A stretch of DNA of 54,118 bases, counting the filler, from Basidioascus undulatus (lineage: Eukaryota), in the NCBI GenBank assembly GCA_000826855.1. It is 3 parts of 3 records of this genome, joined end to end, with 100 filler letters (N's around TTAATTAATTAA, not from the genome) between each part and the next. Parts side by side here need not be neighbours in the genome. Positions count along the whole stretch, not along the records: positions 36,183 to 54,118 come from JTLS01000498.1; 2 more parts are not named here. One strand, written 5' to 3'. The notes below the pieces were generated by a model that searched no databases, was not told the origin of the DNA, and was given only the letters and a program-made list of their open reading frames with translations. Below, piece after piece: positions 47,818-54,118 of this stretch. The stretch's first letter is position 1. Each line of letters starts with the position of its first letter. The translations under genes and the position numbers were made by a program.

Positions 47818-50800
47818 ATGAGCAACAGCAGCGGTGCCTCCTCCGCTCGCCAGCTCTCCCAGAAGCTCTTCTCAGCAGTCAAGCCAGGCTCAGGCTCTTC
47901 CTCCCCCTCCCCCCCCCCATCATCCCCAGCAGCCATGGCCAACACCACCGCCGACAGCACCAGCAGCCCTCCCGCCCGCGACGAGAACGCGACCCCCGTC
48001 TCGCTCACTATCAACATCCCCAAGCCGCCACAGAACCTCGGCGGCGCGAGCGAGGCGCCCCAGCTCCCCAAGAGCAACAAGCCAACCCCGCCCGCAACGT
48101 CCGGCGCCGAGGCGGCCGGCGCGTCGCGCACGCCCAAGGGCGAGCAGCCGAGTGTCGCCGACGAGGAGAACTACGACAAGTCGCTCCGAGAGCGCCTGAT
48201 GGACGCGTACGGCGACGACTACACGAGCGTGGAGGAGATCAGGCTGGATGAGGATGAGGTCAAGAAGCGGCACTGGAAGCGCTGGGGACCGTACGTGAGC
48301 GAGCGGCAATGGGTAAGTCGGTCCTCGAGCTGTGGAAGACGTGTGGGATCTGACAGTGCCTGCATGTGCACAGGCGACTGTCCGCGAGGACTATTCCGCC
48401 GATGGCAATGCCTGGGAGTCGTTCAACCACGAGATGTCTCGGTCCCGGGTGCGCATACTCTCTCTTTCGAAACCCCTTGCACCTTCCTAACTGTCCGTCT
48501 CCTTGCAGGCCTACCGCTGGGGCGAGGACGGTATCGCCGGTATCTCTGATAACCACCAGCGCCTCTGCTTCACCCTCGCGCTCTGGAACGGCCAAGACCG
48601 GATGCTCAAGGAGCGCATGTTCGGTGTCGGCAACAGCCAAGGTACGCTCGTTCACCTTCCACTTCGCCGAGCACAGCTGATCATTTGCGATGATGCTCTG
48701 GACAGGCAACCACGGCGAGGACGTCAAGGAGCTGTACTACTACCTCGACAGCACGCCCACGCACTCGTACATGAAGTTCCTGTACAAATACCCGCAGCGC
48801 GCGTACCCGTACGAGCAGCTCGTCGAGGAGAGCCAGAACCGCAGCCGGGAGGTTAGCGAGTTCGAGATCACTGACACCGACGCGTTCGACGACGACAAGT
48901 ACTGGGACGTCTTCGTGGAGGTGCGTGATACGTTCGCTTAGCCAATAGGGGTCGGCAGATCTGATCCAGGTGGGAAAACAGTACTCCAAGGACGAGGACA
49001 ATGCCGACGGCGTCTCCATCCGCGTTACCGCCTACAATCGCGGGCCCGACCCCGCAGACCTGCACATTATCCCCCAGCTCTTCTTCCGCAACACCTGGTC
49101 AGTCCTCCCCCCAGTTCGTACTCTTGATCAGGAACAGCTCAGCGCTGACAGTGGCACAACAGGTCCTGGCCGAAGGTCCGCCCTTCGATGCCGGCGCTCA
49201 AGCAGCGGAGCGATAGCCACATCACGGTCGAGCACGACACGCTCGGCAAGACTAACTTCTACTGCAACCCCTCGCCCGCGCCGGCCGGCCCGGCCAAGCG
49301 GGGGGAGGTCGCGGTCGTCGATGGCGACGGCGTGACGCCCGAGCTCCTGTTCACCGAGAACGAGACCAACTTCCAGCGCCTCTACGGCGGGAAGAACGTC
49401 AACCCGTACACCAAGGTGCCTTGCTATTGCTAAGCTTCCTTCTGATCGATGCTCGGTACTCACCTTCATTTCATATTTCAGGACGCCTTCCACGACCACA
49501 TCATCCCCTCCCACCGCCCTCCCCTTCCCGCCGAGTCCGCGCCCGAGAAGCCTATCGATGGCGAGGCGAAGGTCAATGGCGACCGTCCTCCGAACAAGCG
49601 CCGCGTCACAATCGACGACGACGAGGCCGACGGCGCGGACGACGCGTCCGTCTCGGGCAATGTCGCCGCCGACCCGCGCCACTTCGTCAACCCCAACAAG
49701 GTTGGCACGAAGGCCGGCGCGCACTACCACTTCAAGGACGTCCCCCCGCGCGGTGGATGCGTCGTTGTGCGCATGAAGCTCACGCCGCGCTCGCAGGAGG
49801 AGGACCCGAGCATCTGGGACGAGGAGCTCTTCGACGACACCGTGGACGAGCGCAGGCGCGACGCGGACGAGTTCTATGCCCGCCTTACTGGCGGCCCGAT
49901 CTCGGATGATCTGCGCAGCGTGATGCGTCAGGCGCTTGGTGGCATGATGTGTGCGTTTCCATTCGCTGTCGTAGCCGTGCACTTCGACAGCCGCTGATCG
50001 AGCGACATAACACAGGGTGCAAGCAGTTCTACCAGTTCATTGTTCGCAATCCCTTTCTCTCGATGTTGTGTGGGGCGAGTCACTCACACCTGCTTTACCC
50101 AACAGCACCACGAATGGATCAACGGCGACCCGGGCCAGCCTCCTCCGCCCCCGGAGCGCAAGAATGTTCGCAACAAGGTGCATCTCGCGCGCTTCTGGTC
50201 CCGCACACAGAGGCTGACCATCTTTCCTGGGCGGACCTGCAGGAGTGGAAGCACCTGCACATCGCGGACATCCTCTCTATGCCCGACAAGTGGGAGTACC
50301 CCTTCTTCGCCGCGTGGGACACGGCGTTCCATTGCATCCCGCTCGCCATGGTCGACCCCGCGTTCGCAAAGAAGCAGCTCGACCTCCTCACCCGCGAGTG
50401 GTACATGAAGCCCGACGGCGCGCTCCCCGCATATGAGTGGAACTTCTCCGACGTCAACCCGCCCGTACACGCCTGGTGCTTCCTTTGAACGTCTTCGCAG
50501 TCTTCGTGCGTCCATGACTAATCTGTGAGACTGCTCAGGGCGACGTTCCGCGTGTTCAAGATCGAGCGCAAACTCTTCGGCCGCGAGGACCTCGACTTCC
50601 TCGAGCGCGTCTTCCAGAAGCTGCTCCTCAACTTCACCTGGTGCGTGTTTCTCCTTTCCAACCCGCCAAACCCCCGCGCTGGTTGGCTGACAGACCGCCT
50701 TCGTTGCGACACGCAGGTGGGTCAACCGCAAGGACGCGGGCGGGAACAACGTCTTCGAGGGCGGCTTCCTCGGCCTCGACAACATCGGCGCGTTCAACCG

Positions 50801-52710
50801 CTCCGAGCCCGTCCCCATGGGCGGCGTCCTCCGCCAGGCGGACGGCACGGCGTGGATGGGCTTCTTCTGCTTGAATATGTGCGCTTCGTTTGCTCCTTCT
50901 CAACTACGGAGGCTCTTGGCTGATTTGTCTTGCCCGTCCCGCAGGCTCAACATGGCCCTCGAGCTCGCGAAGCACAACCCCACTTATGAGGACATCGCGT
51001 CGAAATTCTTCGGTGCGTCGAGCATCGTTGTTGAGAGCGTGGAGAAACTCATTGGACTGATGGACCGAGTCCACTGCAGAGCACTTCCTCTTCATCGCCG
51101 ACGCGATGACCTACAAGGGCAAGGGCGACGAGGCGCTCAGCCTTTGGCACGAGGAGGACGGCTTCTTCTACGATGCAATTCAGTGGGGTCCCGTGCGTCT
51201 TCTTGCTCGCCTCTCAAGTCGCATGTATGTCAGCTGGCTGACCTCTGTCTAATTGACTCGTACAGGAGAACACGCAGCAGCTCCCGATCCACTCGCTCGT
51301 CGGCCTCATCCCGTTGTACGCGACGCTTACGCTCGAGCCGAGCGTGATCAAGCGCTTCCCGGGCTTCAAGAAGCGCATGGACTGGTTCATCGACAACCGC
51401 CCGGACATCGCCGGCCGCAACATCGCTAACATGCGCGGTAAGCCCTCTTTTCCCGCAAGTTCAGTCCCGACCGCACGGTAGCTCATTCGTTTGCTGTCCG
51501 ATCCAGCGTCCGGCAAGGGCGACCGCAAGCTGCTTGCGCTCGCCGGCGAGGACCGCCTGCGCCGCATCCTGACGCGCATGCTCGACGAGAACGAGTTCCT
51601 GTCCGACTACGGAATCCGGTCGTGCGTCGTTGTTCTGCCTCATCTGTCTACACACAACAAACTAAAGATCCCTTTTTTTGTGCAGGCTTTCTCGCTTCCA
51701 CCTCGAGCACCCCTTCGTTCTCCAAGCAGGCGGAGAGACGTACGAGGTCGGCTACTGGCCCGGCGACTCGAAGAGCCCCATGTTCGGCGGCAACTCGAAC
51801 TGGCGTGGCCCGATCTGGCTCGCAACGACTTTCCTCATCATTGAGTCGCTGCAACGCTTCCACCAGTGCGTTCCAAGCGGTTGCTTCCTCATCCGAGCAA
51901 TTTGCTAATTGAGTTACATAACGTTCAGATACTACGGCGACTCCTGTGCGTTTTCGCTTGCGGCGGATCAGCCAGCGCGCTGTTGCTGATGCTTCGGAGT
52001 TCTTGCAGTCCAGATCGAGTGCCCTACCGGCTCGGGCGACTTCATGCACCTGGGCGCCGTCGCGGAGGAGATCCAGCATCGCATCATCCACCTCTTCGCC
52101 CGCGACATCGAGGGCAAGCGCGCCTGCAACGGCGGCAACGCCAAGCTTGACCGCGACCCGCACTTCCGTAACTACGTCCAGTTCCACGAGGTGCGCTTAT
52201 CCCATCGCGCCTTTTTCATTGAATGGACAGGGCGCTAAGAGGACTCGCTTCGCCAGTTCTTCCACGGTGACAGCGGCAAGGGGTACGTAATGGCTGCAAG
52301 AAGATAACTTCTCGGGGGCAGAATGACTGACATTCTCCTACTGCAGCCTCGGCGCCTCGCACCAGACCGGCTGGACCGGCCTCGTCGCGTACCACATCAT
52401 GCAGACGGGCATCTCGTGCCGTCCGCCGCGCACGCCGCGCACCCCTCGCAGTGCGTCATCCTCCTACAGACGTAGCATTAATGTGGCGGCTGACATACAC
52501 ATCCGTACAGGCACCGCGATGCACTACTTCGATGATAAGTTCCCCTGGCGCGCGGACCGCTACAAGACTACTTGGGCTAACACCACCTTGTCTCCTTCAC
52601 AGGACCTCAAGTCCGCAAGCGAGTTCGAGCACGACGACGACACGCGGTCGATTGCGAGCGCCCGCACTTTGGACATGGGCGGCGGGGACCCGGACACCGA
52701 CTTCTTGTGA
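47818..52710 (+). CDS. YMR196W-like six-hairpin glycosidase (GH63 / mannosylglycerate hydrolase-like), about 20 introns
   Basis: Motifs are [117 protein letters not shown] and [26 protein letters not shown]. Confidence 0.95.
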
Positions 52711-53280
52711 TCGAGCGGTGACCAACCCGCACCGACCCTTTACTCCGTCGAGTCCGTCTCTTCCGCTGTCTTTTCCCTTCATTCTCTCTTTATCTCTGGC
52801 GTTACCAAGAACACTTCTTCAGCGGGGTAGACACACGTTTCTTGTTATACTTTCACACTGTAACCATCGAGGCATCCCACAATCGCACGTCATGACTTTT
52901 GAGAATATTGATGATGTACGAAAGCCACGGAAAGTTGAGGGCTTGATACTGTCAGAAACTCTATCATTCCCATACCTTGTTGGTGATCCCGAACGCTGCT
53001 TTCAGTCAACGCTGCATGCCCGCGACGCCCGCTTCGGGTCCATTCCCTTTTTCTGCTCGTATCAGCCCTGTTAGGCATGGAATGACTTTAGCATTCTGAG
53101 GCCATAAAGCGTGCGCGTATTAGTTCGATAGCCATCGAGCGGCCCAGCCTGCAGGGAGCGACCGACTGCGAATACCTTGTCTCAGCGTTGTGAAAGGTGT
53201 TGTGTGTGGTGTGGGTGTGTGTTGGCGGCGGTACGAGTAGGTGCATACAGGCATAGTCATCGGACTCGTGCATGCATTCT

Positions 53281-54118
53281 TTACAGAGCCAGCGTGCTGC
53301 AACACATTCTCATTCCTCCGCCTCCCAGTCCTCGCATCACATCTCTACACCCACATCTCCCAATCTTTTTAAGAGGCCCCACATCCGCAGGATCGAACTC
53401 GAATGGCGATGGCTGTTCTGCGGCGCGCGCGATGACCCGTGCAAACTGGCCGGAGGAGAGCACCCGCGGTGCGTCGAGCTCGCGAAGAATGGCAGCTTGC
53501 ACCTCCCGCGGGATGTTCCAGAGACTCGCACGAGTCTGGCTGGGTTGATATTGAGCATGAAGAAGTATGCGGGCTGCGAGCAGGAGAGTACGCGCGGCCT
53601 CTGAGCGCGCTTGGGCCAGGTCACAGTTCGGTTTCAGGACGGCTTCGAGACGGATTCCGCGTGCGCTGTAATCTCGTTCGGACAGCCATCATCTTCGAAC
53701 TCTTCCACATAGCGCTCGTCGAGATTACCGTACAGAAAGTTGTGGTGACCGGTCTCGATATTGGTAAGGAGTGTCTCGACGACTTCAGGCCCAAGGGCAC
53801 TGTGGGTGAGATCGAGATGCCTGAGTAATTTTTCGCAGCTCAGACCCGGCAGTCTCGACTCTTTTGAGGTGAGCAAAGAAAAGGTGAGCAACTTCAGCGT
53901 CAATGGTCGCGTAAGTCATGACAGCAAGCCAAGTAGTACTTGTACAGCCATATCAGCACAATACGTACTACTGTGGAGCGGCGTCGAGTACCGCAAGATC
54001 TACGACGAGCGATTCAAGGTGGCGGGCCGCAGTGCGTCGCTTGCGCTCGTCTTGAAGGTAGCGCGTGGGCGGTGGAGCTCAGCGAGATCGACAAAGCGCA
54101 GAAGCCCCCCCCCCCCCT
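53281..54118 (-). pseudogene. 3' part of a fungal LRR/RNI-like protein gene, apparently frameshifted
   Basis: LRHLDLTHSALGPEVVETLLTNIE (LRR-like) ends in TGA at 53634. The natural continuation RLEAVLKPN...AARTLLLAARILL...LWNIPREVQAAILREL...LSSGQFARVIARA is in another frame with no intron between them (shift at ~53655). Confidence 0.5.

Overview
This is GC-rich, intron-dense fungal DNA, most consistent with a basidiomycete (many short introns, frequent GTGCGT/GTACGT donors, CTRAC/CTGAT branch points). It consists of three contigs of about 18 kb (1-17992, 18093-36082, 36183-54118) joined by artificial N44-TTAATTAATTAA-N44 spacers, so gene order across the spacers carries no meaning. Reconstructing exons by eye gives these apparently intact genes: a WBP2-like protein, a small membrane protein, a CitE/CLYBL-like lyase, SLX9, initiator tRNA-Met, a Zn2Cys6 transcription factor, MPP10, a very large UNC80-like protein, SEC9 (cut by the contig end), a Pho80/Pcl-family cyclin, FYV10/GID9, a membrane RING-H2 E3 ligase, a glutathionyl-hydroquinone reductase and a YMR196W/GH63-like glycosidase. 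Interleaved with them are decayed genes that the ORF track hides. Two are clear: an RRM plus split-YTH m6A-reader gene and a heme-thiolate peroxygenase, each with stops and frameshifts. Three or four weaker relics also occur. There are splicing oddities too: an intron inside the SEC9 start codon, an ATG-only first exon, micro-exons, a GC-AG intron and a candidate exonised or GA-donor intron. I found no CRISPR array, no clear transposon and no demonstrably new multi-gene system. Family calls come from recalled motifs, not from database searches.
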